Positions 26,947-38,008 of a DNA stretch of 64,000 nucleotides are shown piece by piece. The DNA lies in IMG/VR virus record IMGVR_UViG_3300047409_000726, positions 16,265 through 80,264 of that record. The stretch is one strand, 5' to 3'. The translations under genes and the position numbers were made by a program. The notes under the pieces were generated by a model. The model was not told where the DNA came from. It was given only the letters and a program-made list of their open reading frames with translations, and searched no databases. Source of the stretch: a virus. The first letter of the stretch is position 1. Every line of letters starts with the position of its first letter.

Positions 26947-27378
26947 TTGAAAATGGCCGCTGAAGAAAAACACACGTTCTCTTGCATAGGCATCACCAAG
27001 CAGCTCGAGGCGCTCACGAAACTCGCCGGCATCGGGCGGGGCATCGTGGTCACCGAGGAATTAGCTAGCAAGTTGGCTGACCGGCGCAATCGACGCGAAA
27101 AAATGGATCTCATCATCGACGAGCTTTGGCGCCGGTACAAGTACGCGGCAGATCCAGTGATCGACGGCGCCTGCCTGTTCGTCGTAACGCTCGCCCAAGG
27201 GTTTGGTATTCGGTGCCGTTTCACGATGGCACGCTACGGCCGAGCAAGTTGGACCCTCTTCGTCGCGTACGAAAACGAAGAGGGGCTCTGGCAAAACATC
27301 AACGTGCTTCGACAGGAAACAGCTCAGGTGCCAAACGAGCTCGTGATGGGGCCGATCCCAGGAGACGACGTTACATGA
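26947..27378 (+). CDS. Probable catalytically dead paralog of the transglutaminase-like protease
   Basis: RREK..IIDE..YAADPV, FGI, AYENEEGLW align with RRQK..ILDE..YIADPV, IGI, AFEDDLGEW of 48439..50082. Confidence 0.6.
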   Translation: MKMAAEEKHTFSCIGITKQLEALTKLAGIGRGIVVTEELASKLADRRNRREKMDLIIDELWRRYKYAADPVIDGACLFVVTLAQGFGIRCRFTMARYGRASWTLFVAYENEEGLWQNINVLRQETAQVPNELVMGPIPGDDVT

Positions 27379-27652
27379 ACCCTCCGACCGAGAGCGCCTG
27401 CCGTACGCGTGGCTGCGGCAAGGCCATCCCGATCCGGCAGTCGTTCTGCCGGAACTGCCTGAGCAAGCTCCCGAGCGAGATCCGGCATGCGTTACTGTTC
27501 GCGTCCGCCGAGATACGGCTCGAGGCGCTCAACAGAGCCGACAAGATCCTCTCCGGCGTCTCGGAGTCGATTCGTCCGGGCTCGGCGAAAGAACGGTTTC
27601 GAGCCGCACGCGATCACGCTGCGGCGGCCATGAGAACTCTGGAGAGAAAACG

Positions 27653-27835
27653 ATGAGTCCAAAACAAGAAGAACAAGTGCAACTGTGCGTCCGGTACCCC
27701 GAGTCGTTCACGAAGCGGCTAGACAAACTCGCAGAGCGTATGTCCGAACCTGGCATGCGCGTTACGCGCGTCGAGGTGCTCCGGCTCGCGGCGTTCCGTG
27801 GCGTCGAGCAACTCGAGACAGAAAAGAAGAAGTGA
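27653..27835 (+). CDS. Ribbon-helix-helix regulator
   Basis: LCVRYPESFTKRLDKLAE...TRVEVLRLA. Confidence 0.65.
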   Translation: MSPKQEEQVQLCVRYPESFTKRLDKLAERMSEPGMRVTRVEVLRLAAFRGVEQLETEKKK

Positions 27836-28500
27836 TGAAACGCAAACAACCGCCAGACATGATGGAACCGGTTCGGGCGCCGCCACCACCGCCATCAATT
27901 TCACACGAGGTTGAGAAGCGTCTGCGTTCTTCTAGTAAAGAGACCTGGGAGCGAGAAGAGATCGCATGGCTTCAGGCGTCCGAGATCGCGTGCGCCGTCG
28001 CCGATGCGTGGGTCTCTACCATCAACAAGTCGGTTCTCACGTACACCACAAAAGCGTTGCGGGTGAGCGTACCCGAAGACTTGTTCTCCGCGCTCTCTCG
28101 TCTCGAGCTCGTCACGCGCCCGAGTGCGATGCGAAAGGTGCGACCGTGACACGGTACGCGCTCGATAGGACGGACGTCATCGCGTTCGTGGTTGTCGCTT
28201 TTGGTGTGTTGATCGCGCTGATCATGTTTTTTCCGTTATTCGGCACGAAGGAACCGCCACCGCCGCCGGCCCGCCGGTGTCAAACCATCCCCGCCGAAGT
28301 CGCAGCGTGGGGGCTCTCGGTGCAGAGCACGCCCTCAGGGCTCTACTTTTGCTATCAGCAAGGCGCCGGGCAGGGGATGATCGAGGTCGTTTGCACGCCG
28401 ATGAAGGATTGTAAACCATGAAGACCGCTCTTCTCCTGCAACTCCCGGACGGCCGTTATTTGGCCGACGACTTCACGACGTGGGTCGAGAACATCGCTGC

Positions 28501-28558
28501 CGCTCACCGCTTCATCCCCGGCGCGGCGCTCACCGCTTCATCCCCGGCGCGGCGCTCA
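28501..28558 (+). repeat. 26-bp exact tandem duplication
   Basis: cgctcaccgcttcatccccggcgcgg x2 plus cgctca. Confidence 0.9.
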
Positions 28559-28641
28559 ATCATTGCTGGGAAGAGTTTCGGCGTCTCGGTGCGAAGGTCG
28601 TGCCTGTGCAAGCTAATACGCCGCTGTGATAGGGTGCGACC

Positions 28642-29181
28642 ATGAACACTGTCGTTTCTGTGATCGTCGTGCTCAAGGTCTTTCTCATGCAAGCCCCGTT
28701 CGATTGGGATCGCTCGCTCTCGGTCGAGGAGCGCACCGAATTCACGCGGCCCTATGCCGAAGCCGTTGCGCAGGCGGCGCACACGTACTGGGAAGCGGCG
28801 CTTCTCATGGCGCAGGCCATCTCCGAGACGCACATGGCGAGCTACGTGATCGAGGGTCGATGCATGGAGGGCCCGGTCGGGTATCGGTGCGATCCGAAGC
28901 ACGGGGTGCCTCGAGCTCGAGGGCCGTGGCAGCTTCATCTCGAAGCGTGCCGTAGCGCGTACGAGTTTCCCGAGACGTCGAACGAGTCGGTGATGGCGGA
29001 AGCCGAGTGCGCGATGCAGGCGATGAGATACTTCGCGCACGTCGGTAAGGATCACGCTCAGACGCCGAATCACGCGGCGTTCTGCGGCATGGGTCCGAAG
29101 CCTTGGGACTGGCCTGGCGCGAATAAACGGGTGAACCTCGCAAAAACCATCTACCGACAGCTAACGAGCGTAGCGCAATGA
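28642..29181 (+). CDS. Secreted, possibly lysozyme-like protein
   Basis: Hydrophobic N-terminus; AISET...ARGPWQL. Confidence 0.4.
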   Translation: MNTVVSVIVVLKVFLMQAPFDWDRSLSVEERTEFTRPYAEAVAQAAHTYWEAALLMAQAISETHMASYVIEGRCMEGPVGYRCDPKHGVPRARGPWQLHLEACRSAYEFPETSNESVMAEAECAMQAMRYFAHVGKDHAQTPNHAAFCGMGPKPWDWPGANKRVNLAKTIYRQLTSVAQ

Positions 29182-29321
29182 CGGCCCTGGTGCTTCTTAC
29201 GGCTCTCGCGTTTTTCGTCCCGTTCGGTACCGGGTATTACGTGGGGCACGATGTGGGCGTCAACGCCGAGCGCCGCCGAAAGGAACGCGCCCGTCGTCGA
29301 GCCTAGCGGTGCCTTTTTCCG

Positions 29322-30008
29322 ATGAGCAAAGTAATCATATCGTCTCGTTGTGAGGGATGCGGAAAAGAGTTTGTGGGGCGTCGACCGGACATCAACAGAA
29401 AGCCCGCGAAGTTCTGTTCGCGCGCCTGTCGCAGTAAGTTGGTGTCGAAACGGTGCATCCGATGCGGAGCTCAGTTTCAGGTAAAGGCGTATCGGATAAC
29501 GACAGCGCTCTACTGCTCGAAAGCCTGTCGCAGAGACCAGGTGGAGCGTCTATGCGTGCAGTGCGGTGTCGTTTTTCACGTAGCTCGCTGTCGAGAGACG
29601 ACAGCGTTGTACTGCTCGTTGAAGTGCAAAGACGACGCGCACACGGTGCGCGCGAAGGATATGTCACGCACGCTGGCTAGATTTTGGCGGAACGTTGACA
29701 AGAAAGGACCGACACCGAAGCACGTGCGAAGACTGGGTCCGTGTTGGCTTTGGCGTGGTACTTTGGACGATAACGGGTACGGAATGATTTCCACGAAAAC
29801 GTTGTCGAAGCACTCCCCGATCGTGAAGGCGCACCGTTTCTCGTTCTTCCTTGCGCACGGTCGATGGCCGAAGCTCTTCGTTTGCCATCGCTGCGATAAC
29901 CCGGCGTGTGTTCGTCCGGACCATCTTTTCGAAGGCACTCAAGCCGACAACATGACCGACATGGCGCGCAAGGGGCGCGGTCGTCGCGCGGCGCACCACT
30001 ACCTGTGA
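29322..30008 (+). CDS. HNH endonuclease with N-terminal zinc-finger repeats
   Basis: CxxCG...(F/Y)CSxxC x3; [27 protein letters not shown]. Confidence 0.9.
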   Translation: MSKVIISSRCEGCGKEFVGRRPDINRKPAKFCSRACRSKLVSKRCIRCGAQFQVKAYRITTALYCSKACRRDQVERLCVQCGVVFHVARCRETTALYCSLKCKDDAHTVRAKDMSRTLARFWRNVDKKGPTPKHVRRLGPCWLWRGTLDDNGYGMISTKTLSKHSPIVKAHRFSFFLAHGRWPKLFVCHRCDNPACVRPDHLFEGTQADNMTDMARKGRGRRAAHHYL

Positions 30009-30226
30009 CGAGGGAGCACAGGACCGCCCCACGGCATTGCAACGCCAAAGAATCCGGCGATGAGTGAGAGCGCCCACAATGCGACCGCCACTATCACGAC
30101 AACTTTTATTACCTGCTTCAACGGCGGGTTGCCGGGCCAGAGCGCGAGCAAACGGTCGCCGCCCCAAAGAAGCAGCGCCGCGATGAGAAGCGTGAGAACG
30201 AGTCCTAGGATGCTTGTCATGCGCAC
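29999..30226 (-). CDS. Small two-TM membrane protein
   Basis: Two hydrophobic helices. Confidence 0.6.
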   Translation of the reverse strand: MRMTSILGLVLTLLIAALLLWGGDRLLALWPGNPPLKQVIKVVVIVAVALWALSLIAGFFGVAMPWGGPVLPRHR

Positions 30227-30232
30227 AGAGTA

Positions 30233-30823
30233 TCACGGCTTCCAGGTGACGTACGGCGACGGATCGTGGCCAATTGCCTCATGTCCACGCAACGTTGCGC
30301 GCCACACAGTGGAAGCGCCCGGTTTCGAGATCATACCGCCTTCTGTTTTCGGCTTGTCGATGTACTGCCAGTTCCCGGTGCGTTTGATGAACTTCATCGC
30401 GTATCCGGTGTCTTCGAGCAATCCCTCAGCCTCGAGTTTCCTGGCTATTTTCGTGACTGTCGCGGTTGAGATGCCGAGGTCTTGAGCGACAGCTCCGCCA
30501 GGGCGGCCGTTCTCCTCTTTGAATTCGTCTAGGAGTTTTCGCTCGAGGTCGGTCAGTTCGATTTGTGATGTTTCGTTTACTTCTGGCCCCAACTCGTTCG
30601 GCGGGATGATTCGCACGATGTGGCTGATCGGAATGGTGTGTTCCTGGTGATACCACGGGCCCGTAGGCGAAAAGCGCACGTCGATCGAGGCACGCACGTT
30701 CACGCGGCCGATTTTGACTACTTTGAACACTCCCCCACCGGAGCCGTAGGACACACGTCGTGATGGATCTTGTACCTCAATCCAGTCACCAGGTTTGAGG
30801 TCTCGTTTGTCAATCTCGGTCAG
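30233..30823 (-). CDS. Hypothetical protein with winged-helix-like domain; start uncertain
   Basis: VAQDLGISTATVTKIARKLEAEGLL. Confidence 0.5.
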   Translation of the reverse strand: MTEIDKRDLKPGDWIEVQDPSRRVSYGSGGGVFKVVKIGRVNVRASIDVRFSPTGPWYHQEHTIPISHIVRIIPPNELGPEVNETSQIELTDLERKLLDEFKEENGRPGGAVAQDLGISTATVTKIARKLEAEGLLEDTGYAMKFIKRTGNWQYIDKPKTEGGMISKPGASTVWRATLRGHEAIGHDPSPYVTWKP

Positions 30824-31950
30824 CGACGCTTCTTGCGCGCCGACCTCTTGGCTTTTGGGCGGCGTCGGGCCTCGCTCGCGCGATTGCCTTCGAGCTCGCG
30901 CTTCTTGGTTAGAAGCTCGTCCGCTAGCCACTCTCGAGAGGTGTCGCAAGCGCCGCGGAAGCCCTCGTAGAAGGCGTGTATCTCCTCGCGCGTGGCGTCC
31001 GATCCGAGCGCTTCTTGCGCTGCGCCCTCGCGTTGCGCGTCCCACACGAGCTGTTGGAACATTTTGCGCGAGATCTCTAGTGCATCAGCTTTCGTTTCGA
31101 GCGGATTCACCTGATCGGGAGGCATCTTGCTCGCCTCGACGAGTTGGTCGTAGACCCAGTCGAGGAAGTGGTCGCTTCTGATTTGATCCTGACCGTATTT
31201 CTCACCGGCGGCGTAGGCGTGCTCTTCTGGAGTCGACTTAGAACGTCCGCCGCGCTTCGCCTCGCTCGCCCCCGGCCGCACGAACTTGACGACGCCCGCG
31301 GTCCCTGCTGCCCGCTTCATGTCGCTGTAGCTCTTGGAGGGCCCGGCGATGCGGCGGCCGCGGTTGTCGACGGCCTCGTAGTCGCGGACGGTGGTGCCGG
31401 GGCGCGGGGCGCCGAGTTTGAACTGGGGTTCGGCCGCTCGCCGTGCATGCCCTGCAATCGGCTTCGCCCCCGCCGGTAGCCTTGCGACGCCCGTACGCGC
31501 GCCCGGCCCCTGCGCGTGCCAGTAGCCGCTCTTCCGCCACACGGTGGCTTCCTCGTAGGGGTGCTGCCCGCCGCGAGGGAAGTAGATCTTCGTGTGGGCG
31601 TCGGAGCCGCTCGTGTGAGTTGCGCCTAGGTCGCGGGCGGCGTGCTCGACGAGGTCGCCCAAGGTGTTGAAGTCACGGACGATGCGGGGGGCGCGAGCCT
31701 CTCGTGTGCCTTTGCCGTGGTCGAGGAACGTGTAGTCCGCGTAGTCGCCAGCGAGTCGCCCGTAGTCGCCGCGGTGTCGGAATTCGGAGTCACCGACGTC
31801 GACGGGCGAACCGAGCCCTATGTCCGCGATGGCGGCATCGGCTTGCGCGATATCGTCGTCATCGATTCCTGAGGCGTCGCCGTTGATCAGGTAGGACGCC
31901 CAGTAGATGGGCATCGAGTAGGTGACGGTGGTGATTCGAGAACGAGCCAT
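30820..31950 (-). CDS. Multi-domain hypothetical protein
   Basis: WASYLINGDASG domain plus further modules joined by basic linkers. Confidence 0.6.
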   Translation of the reverse strand: MARSRITTVTYSMPIYWASYLINGDASGIDDDDIAQADAAIADIGLGSPVDVGDSEFRHRGDYGRLAGDYADYTFLDHGKGTREARAPRIVRDFNTLGDLVEHAARDLGATHTSGSDAHTKIYFPRGGQHPYEEATVWRKSGYWHAQGPGARTGVARLPAGAKPIAGHARRAAEPQFKLGAPRPGTTVRDYEAVDNRGRRIAGPSKSYSDMKRAAGTAGVVKFVRPGASEAKRGGRSKSTPEEHAYAAGEKYGQDQIRSDHFLDWVYDQLVEASKMPPDQVNPLETKADALEISRKMFQQLVWDAQREGAAQEALGSDATREEIHAFYEGFRGACDTSREWLADELLTKKRELEGNRASEARRRPKAKRSARKKRR

Positions 31951-31953
31951 GTG

Positions 31954-33174
31954 TCAACTCCCGTGGATCTGTCCGTCGTCACCGACGTACAAGTCGAATG
32001 TTCCGTAGCTTTTAGCGGCTTCCTGCAATTCGTCGAGGCCGTCGTCGAAGAACCCGGCGCCGTGACCGTTGCGCGAGAGCCAGAAGTTGTGCCCAGCGCG
32101 CCCACTGTCGATGTTTTCCGCGGCGGCAAGTAAGTCCGCGTACCGATCCTGGAAGTCGGCGCAGTCAGCGATCATCTTGGCGCGCGTTTCGGGCGCGATG
32201 TCGCTGATCGAATAGTTATCGTCGAGCGGGTCGCCGCCATCGTCGATGGAGCTCCAGAGCGCAGCGTCGAAATACGCTTGCGTGAACGAGTCGAGACGCG
32301 GTGCTTGAACTTCCTTCGCCCGACCCCTCGCCGGGACTCGTCCTCGTTTGTACGCGCTCCAACCTTGACCTCGAAGCGTGGCGTCGGGAGGGTACCATCC
32401 ACCACGTTTGCCGCGCGCTAAATCTATTTCGGCTTGTTCTATGAGGGCGGCCGAGATGTGTCCGATGACACGGCCGTCGCCTGAGATCACTTCGAACGTG
32501 TTCGGCAGTCCGCGCGTTTCGCGAGCTTCGTGGTTTCCTGACTCGCTTACTAAGCCGCTAGCGAACGCTTCTGCTTCCGCGTAACCTAGCGCCGTGTAGA
32601 TGCCGTTGTCCGGTCCGAAGTAGTCTTGCTTCGGTGAAGCGTTCTTGAAGAAACGATACCGAGTGACGCCGTCTCCTGGCGAGTACGTATAGATAGCGTA
32701 GCCTGGCGGCAGATCTGCGCGTAACTTGTCGAGACGTGTCTTGCCGCGGGCGTCGACGTGTTCCTCGACGACTTCTCCGACGCCGACGCGCGTGTCGACG
32801 TGGTCGTACTCCCCGTTCTCGACCGAGCTCCGGAAGCTCGCCTCGAGTTGCTTCGCCGCTTCGTGCCGCGTCGCGGGGTTGAACATCGTGCTCCAATTTT
32901 TCTCGGAGTCGAATTCTTTCGCGTACCGTTTTGCGCCCGCTTCGGTGAGATATTCGAATAGGCGCACAGCGAGCGCCGGGTCATAGGTTTTTTTGCGCCA
33001 CTTGCGGAGCGCGTTCAGGAGCACGCTTCGCCCCTGCCCGCTCGGGCCGTCGGGAGATAGGTCGGACGTGTTCTCGATGTACATGACGAGCTCGGTTGCT
33101 GCTTGCTCATCCGTGGGCTCGCGGTGAGTCGGGCTTTTTCGTTTCGCTTTCGCTTTTGCTTTTGTGCGGGCCAT
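31954..33174 (-). CDS. Multi-domain (polyvalent-like) phage protein
   Basis: ELVMYIEN..., YSPGDGVTRYRF and GHNFWLSRNGHGAGFFD modules. Confidence 0.65.
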   Translation of the reverse strand: MARTKAKAKAKRKSPTHREPTDEQAATELVMYIENTSDLSPDGPSGQGRSVLLNALRKWRKKTYDPALAVRLFEYLTEAGAKRYAKEFDSEKNWSTMFNPATRHEAAKQLEASFRSSVENGEYDHVDTRVGVGEVVEEHVDARGKTRLDKLRADLPPGYAIYTYSPGDGVTRYRFFKNASPKQDYFGPDNGIYTALGYAEAEAFASGLVSESGNHEARETRGLPNTFEVISGDGRVIGHISAALIEQAEIDLARGKRGGWYPPDATLRGQGWSAYKRGRVPARGRAKEVQAPRLDSFTQAYFDAALWSSIDDGGDPLDDNYSISDIAPETRAKMIADCADFQDRYADLLAAAENIDSGRAGHNFWLSRNGHGAGFFDDGLDELQEAAKSYGTFDLYVGDDGQIHGS

Positions 33175-34025
33175 TACTCGTCCTCTTCTTCCTCGAACTC
33201 TTCGTCGTCTTCCTCTTGGGATCGTTGAGCGACCTCTTCGATTTCGTCCGCGTCCGTCACTTCGTGAGCGTGAACCTCGTGAGAGATGACATGCGTGCCG
33301 CTCTTGAGCGTCGTCCAACCGATCGTGATCAGATCGGCTTCTGCGTGCTCTACGATCTTTTCGTAGTCGCGATCATCAAACGGAGTCCACGTCCCTCCGA
33401 ATTCTTTTCGCCCGACAGCGCCCCCATCAGACCACGCCTCGTCCCATTCGATGCCGAGGTCTTCTGCGGCTTCTTTGAGATCGTCTTCTGTAAGTGTGAC
33501 GAATACGCCGCGAGCGTTGTCGTCGGCCCACTCTATGGCGATCTCTTCGGCGTCCTCGAAACTAGCGGCCCACACGTAGACTTTTTTGTCGGCGTAAGCT
33601 CCGAACTGGAATTGATACAGTGACATTCTGCTGTATCGTTCGCCGTGGTCGCAATCTTCTGGGTTCGCGATCGGAACTTCCCTGTCGTCGGCGACTTGTC
33701 GCTTCGCGGTCACTCGTCCGGTTCTAGGCTCGTCTAACTCATCGTCGTCGCCCCCCGTCGCCTTGTGCTCTCGCGCCTGCTCGATCAGGTCTCGCGCGAT
33801 GTCCTTCGAGTCGAACCGCCGGTTGTTACCTGGCACTCTCGACGAGCCCCAGTACCCGCGATGATCCTGATCGTAGTCGGACAAGCCCCAGTTCACCGTC
33901 CAGGTGCTGTCAGGCATGACCTGCAACCGAACGTCGATCCCTTCGTCGGCGTCGTCCGGTTCGAGTGTTTCCTTGTTGATTCGCCGAAGCTCGGCCGACA
34001 CGTCGTTGATACTCGGGAAACGCAT
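33174..34025 (-). CDS. Acidic two-domain hypothetical protein
   Basis: IDVRLQV...YDQDHRGYWG; very D/E-rich. Confidence 0.6.
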   Translation of the reverse strand: MRFPSINDVSAELRRINKETLEPDDADEGIDVRLQVMPDSTWTVNWGLSDYDQDHRGYWGSSRVPGNNRRFDSKDIARDLIEQAREHKATGGDDDELDEPRTGRVTAKRQVADDREVPIANPEDCDHGERYSRMSLYQFQFGAYADKKVYVWAASFEDAEEIAIEWADDNARGVFVTLTEDDLKEAAEDLGIEWDEAWSDGGAVGRKEFGGTWTPFDDRDYEKIVEHAEADLITIGWTTLKSGTHVISHEVHAHEVTDADEIEEVAQRSQEEDDEEFEEEEDE

Positions 34026-34274
34026 CTTACTCGTCCTCTTCTTGTTGTTGGCGTGCTGATTCTTCGTTTTCCCAAGCGACGCCAGTATGATCTTCGACGA
34101 TGACTGCACGACGTCTCGAGAGGGTGTTTGCAAAATTGACTGCGGATTGAAAGTCGGAACGACTGGTGAACACAGCGCGTACAACACCTTCTTCTGTTAC
34201 GAAGATTAGTTGACTGTTTGTCGCGCCTACTTCTTTTGTTGCTAGTTTTTCTAGCGTTGGTACTTTGCTCGCCA

Positions 34275-34664
34275 TCACGTCCTCCATTCGATCCACGCCC
34301 GATCAACGTCGAGCGGTAACTTTGTCGTGGGCACGCCCACCGTTTTCAATACGTCGCGGAGCGCTCTCCATTCCTCGCCCGCGACTTCTAAAAAATACTC
34401 GCGCTCGGAGTCGCTCTCGATGCCGTAGAGTCCTCCGCTCGTGAGCGTTTGCACGATGTCTTCGATGACGACGTCGGCTTCGGCGCGGACGTAGACGAAG
34501 TTGAACTCGCCGCGATCGTAGGCGGCACGCCTGTCCTCGAGCTCGTCTTGGTCGAGGTACGACGGATCCGGACTCGGATCGCTACCCACGACCACGCGGA
34601 CGGACTCGAGCCGCACCGGGGACCGGCGGCGCTTGGGTTCGTAGGAGCGATGCTTCTTGGCCAT
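34275..34664 (-). CDS. Hypothetical protein
   Basis: DPSYL...SGGLYGIESDS. Confidence 0.6.
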   Translation of the reverse strand: MAKKHRSYEPKRRRSPVRLESVRVVVGSDPSPDPSYLDQDELEDRRAAYDRGEFNFVYVRAEADVVIEDIVQTLTSGGLYGIESDSEREYFLEVAGEEWRALRDVLKTVGVPTTKLPLDVDRAWIEWRT

Positions 34665-35971
34665 CGTGCTTCCCGTGCGCCCCCGTGGGGAGCGCTCATC
34701 TTGTCTCGAACAGTGTCCACCGACCCCAGGGGTGTCGTCAAGGGATGACTTCGTTGCCGAAAATATCCTCGAACATGAACCAGGTCGTGTCCGAGTAGCA
34801 CTCGGCAATGTCCAGCGTGTCGTGGTCGACGAGGTCGTACACGGCCGACGTGAGGGCCGTTCGCCAGTCGGAACCGGTCCACTCCGGGCTCGTCGGCGTG
34901 AGGCGCGTACGGCCCACGTCGTAGGCTTCTGCCGTGTAGAGCACGGCGACCCAAAAGTACCCGGGTTTCGGGTCGTTGGTGGGGCAAATGAGAAGCGCGA
35001 CGTCGCGCTCGCCGACGTACCGGCCGCGCTCTTTGCTAAGCGATGTGCGAAGCCACTTGTTGGCCGCACCGACCGCGTCGAGCTTCTTTCGGAGCTCGAT
35101 CTGGTCGTGCTCGATTTCGGCTGCCTCGAGTTCCATATCCCTGGAAGCGTTTTCTGGGTTCATGCTCTAAAGACGCGGGAAACCGGTGGGATCTGACACC
35201 TAGAACTAGGGCGAAAAAAGGTGTATGGTACGTGAATAGACGGCGAACGCCGTCGTCCTACCTCGCATGACCGAAAGACTCGTAATCGCGATCTTCGGCG
35301 TCATTCTCACGCTCGGGGTGATGTTACTGATCGCGCATCTTCTTGAGCGTATGGCAGAGGATCTGCCGAAGCTGACCGTCGTCGGATTCGAGAAGCTCGA
35401 GGGCGACCAAGCCATCGTGACGTTGTCCGACGGTCACAAGTTTCGCGGCAGCGGTACGGTCTGGCACTCGTGGCCGATGGGCAAGCGCGCGTCGACGAGC
35501 ATCGAGATGATCTGTTCGGACGAGTGGACGAGGCAGATGTGGGAGCTCGAATGATGACCGCGGTCGAGCGCGTTTGGTACTGGACAGCGGGCGTGCTCGC
35601 CGGCACCGCCAACAATTGGAGCGCCTACGTACAAGACGGCTACGTCGTGTGCGAACATTGGAATCTCTGGGATCTACGGTGGGAAGAGATCCGTCGGCCG
35701 ATCTCGGACTTCGAAGAAGGAGTGCCGGTATGAGCGAAGAACTGGAACGACGTGTCGCAGCGCTAGAAGAGCGTAGTCGCGAGCAGGACAAGTTCCTTGC
35801 GTGGGTTTATGCGCGAACACTACCGAACCCGTATTCGTTGTCGGTCACCGAAGCCGAGAAATTGTCTTTGAAGGAGTTGAAAGAGAAGATGCGCCAAGTG
35901 ATCTCGGGGGAAAAACGAGTGCGATCGTGGAACCTCGAGTACGGCAAACCCCTCTCGCCGGAGCTAGAAGA

Positions 35972-36229
35972 ATGAAACGATCGTTTGAAAAGTTCTCGAA
36001 GAGGCTCGAGGCGGTCGGGCTGTTCGACGAAGTTCTCGACCTCTCCTTACAAGAGCATGTTACGCTTCGCGACCTCTATGAAGGTCCCGTTCGTGCTCCG
36101 TCGATCGCGAATGCGCGTAGAAAAATCTACAAGTGGCTCATGAAGGAAGGCAAGGGGCTCAACGAGGTTGCGCGGCTATTCGACCGGGCGCCGAGTGGGG
36201 TGCTCAAGCTCACGAGGGGGCGAGGGTGA
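35972..36229 (+). CDS. HTH protein (DnaA C-terminal-like)
   Basis: ARRKIYKWL...GLNEVARLFDR. Confidence 0.55.
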   Translation: MKRSFEKFSKRLEAVGLFDEVLDLSLQEHVTLRDLYEGPVRAPSIANARRKIYKWLMKEGKGLNEVARLFDRAPSGVLKLTRGRG

Positions 36230-36536
36230 GCGAGAGCGAAAAACAACCAGTACCGAAGACAGCGACGTAAGAACTTCGCGAAGAGCTAGCGCGTTGCGGT
36301 GTTAGAAGCAACAATCACACTGCGCTCGCGGTGTTCGCGCTGCGGCGAACAAGGCGTCGAATTTGGAATGGACCCGATCGGATCGCTTCGGTGCATGAAG
36401 TGCTGCAACCGTTGGTGGAAGGGTGGAGGGCAATGAAAAAACAGGTGTCGGGATATTTATGTGGAACTCCGTTCGAAGTGCGAGTTCAGATTTTGGAGTG
36501 GTGGCTACGCCACTTGCACGGGACTGCGGTGTCAGG

Positions 36537-37127
36537 ATGAAGCAGTCGAGAACCGCAGCTCGTGAACGCCGGGTCCGGAGGCCACTTGCTTCTACGGTGG
36601 TCGGCCCACCTAGATATTTCGCTTACGCCGATCCGCCGTACCCGGGACATACGAAGCGCGGTCTCTATGCGGCGGACCCCAAGTGCGCCGAGGTGGATCA
36701 CGCCGAACTCGTGGCCCGCCTCGTTCGCGACTACCCGGACGGCTGGGCGCTCTCGACCGGTTCGACGAACCTTCGTGAGGTGCTCTCGCTTTGCCCCGAA
36801 GGGGCTCGCGTGGGCTCGTGGGTGAAGCCGTTCGCGATCTTCAAACCCGGCGTGAACCCCGGCTATTGCTGGGAACCGGTCATCTTCTGCGGGGGCCGTA
36901 GACTCGGGCGAGATATCCCCACGGTGCGCGATTGGGTCAGCGCCAACGTGCTCATTCAAAAGGGCTGCGCTGGCGCCAAGCCGGACGCGGTCATCGATTG
37001 GATCTTCTCGATGCTCGGCGCGATGCACGGGGATTACTTGGACGACATTTACCCGGGCTCCGGGGCCGTCTCTCGTAGGTGGTCCGAAACCTTCGGGCTG
37101 GGTAGGGAAAGCAGGGCGCAATCGTGA
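36537..37127 (+). CDS. Putative adenine DNA methyltransferase
   Basis: YADPPY, AKP, DIYPGSG. Confidence 0.75.
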   Translation: MKQSRTAARERRVRRPLASTVVGPPRYFAYADPPYPGHTKRGLYAADPKCAEVDHAELVARLVRDYPDGWALSTGSTNLREVLSLCPEGARVGSWVKPFAIFKPGVNPGYCWEPVIFCGGRRLGRDIPTVRDWVSANVLIQKGCAGAKPDAVIDWIFSMLGAMHGDYLDDIYPGSGAVSRRWSETFGLGRESRAQS

Positions 37128-38008
37128 AGCAGCCGCAACTCGCAATCCCGCCCACCGTCGCGCATCCATTTTTGAAATACGCGGGAGGCAAGACCGCTCT
37201 CTTGTCGGAGATCCTTCCTCGGCTCCCGAAGAAGATCAAAACCTACTACGAGCCGTTCGTCGGTGGTGGCGCGGTGTTCTTCGCGCTCGCGGCGGAAGAG
37301 AGGTTCAAGGAAGCGATCATCTCGGATTCGAATTCCGAGCTTGTATCAACTTACGCCACTCTGTGGACGCCGTGGGTCGAAGAAGTTATCGACAGGTTGA
37401 AATGGCACGCGAAGAAACATTCGGAAGCGCACTACTACGAAGTTCGCGGGCTTGACATACGCGCCGGTCGCCACTCCGTAGAGCGAGCGGCGCGCATGAT
37501 CTACTTGAACCGCACCTGCTTCAACGGTCTTTACCGCGTGAACAAAGGCGGGCGATTCAATGTTCCGTTCGGACGCTACGCGAATCCGACAATCTGCGAC
37601 GAAGAAAACCTTCGAGCGGTAGCGAAACTGTTCAACGAGAGGGTGCGTGCCGATAAGATGAAAGTCGGTATAGCTACGAGCGACTTCGAAAATGCGATTG
37701 TTTTTGCTCGTCGCGGCGACGCCGTCTATTTCGACCCTCCTTACGTGCCCGCCTCGGCGACGGCGAACTTCACCGCCTACAGCAAGGACGGCTTCGGTCC
37801 GTTGGATCAAATGCGTCTCTGTCGCGTCGCGACGAAACTCGCCAGGAAAGGCGTCCACGTGCTGCTCTCGAATTCCGACACGCCGTTCGTGCGCAAGCTC
37901 TACAAGGGGTTCAAGATCGAGCGTGTTGAGGCGCCTCGACGGATCAACTCGAAGGGCGGCAAGCGCGGCAACGTCGGCGAGCTGCTCATCTCTGGGAGAC
38001 GAACGTGA
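37124..38008 (+). CDS. dam: Dam-family adenine methyltransferase
   Basis: KYAGGK, EPFVGGGAV, LNRTCFNGLYRVN, FDPPY, LSNS. Confidence 0.93.
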   Translation: MKQPQLAIPPTVAHPFLKYAGGKTALLSEILPRLPKKIKTYYEPFVGGGAVFFALAAEERFKEAIISDSNSELVSTYATLWTPWVEEVIDRLKWHAKKHSEAHYYEVRGLDIRAGRHSVERAARMIYLNRTCFNGLYRVNKGGRFNVPFGRYANPTICDEENLRAVAKLFNERVRADKMKVGIATSDFENAIVFARRGDAVYFDPPYVPASATANFTAYSKDGFGPLDQMRLCRVATKLARKGVHVLLSNSDTPFVRKLYKGFKIERVEAPRRINSKGGKRGNVGELLISGRRT

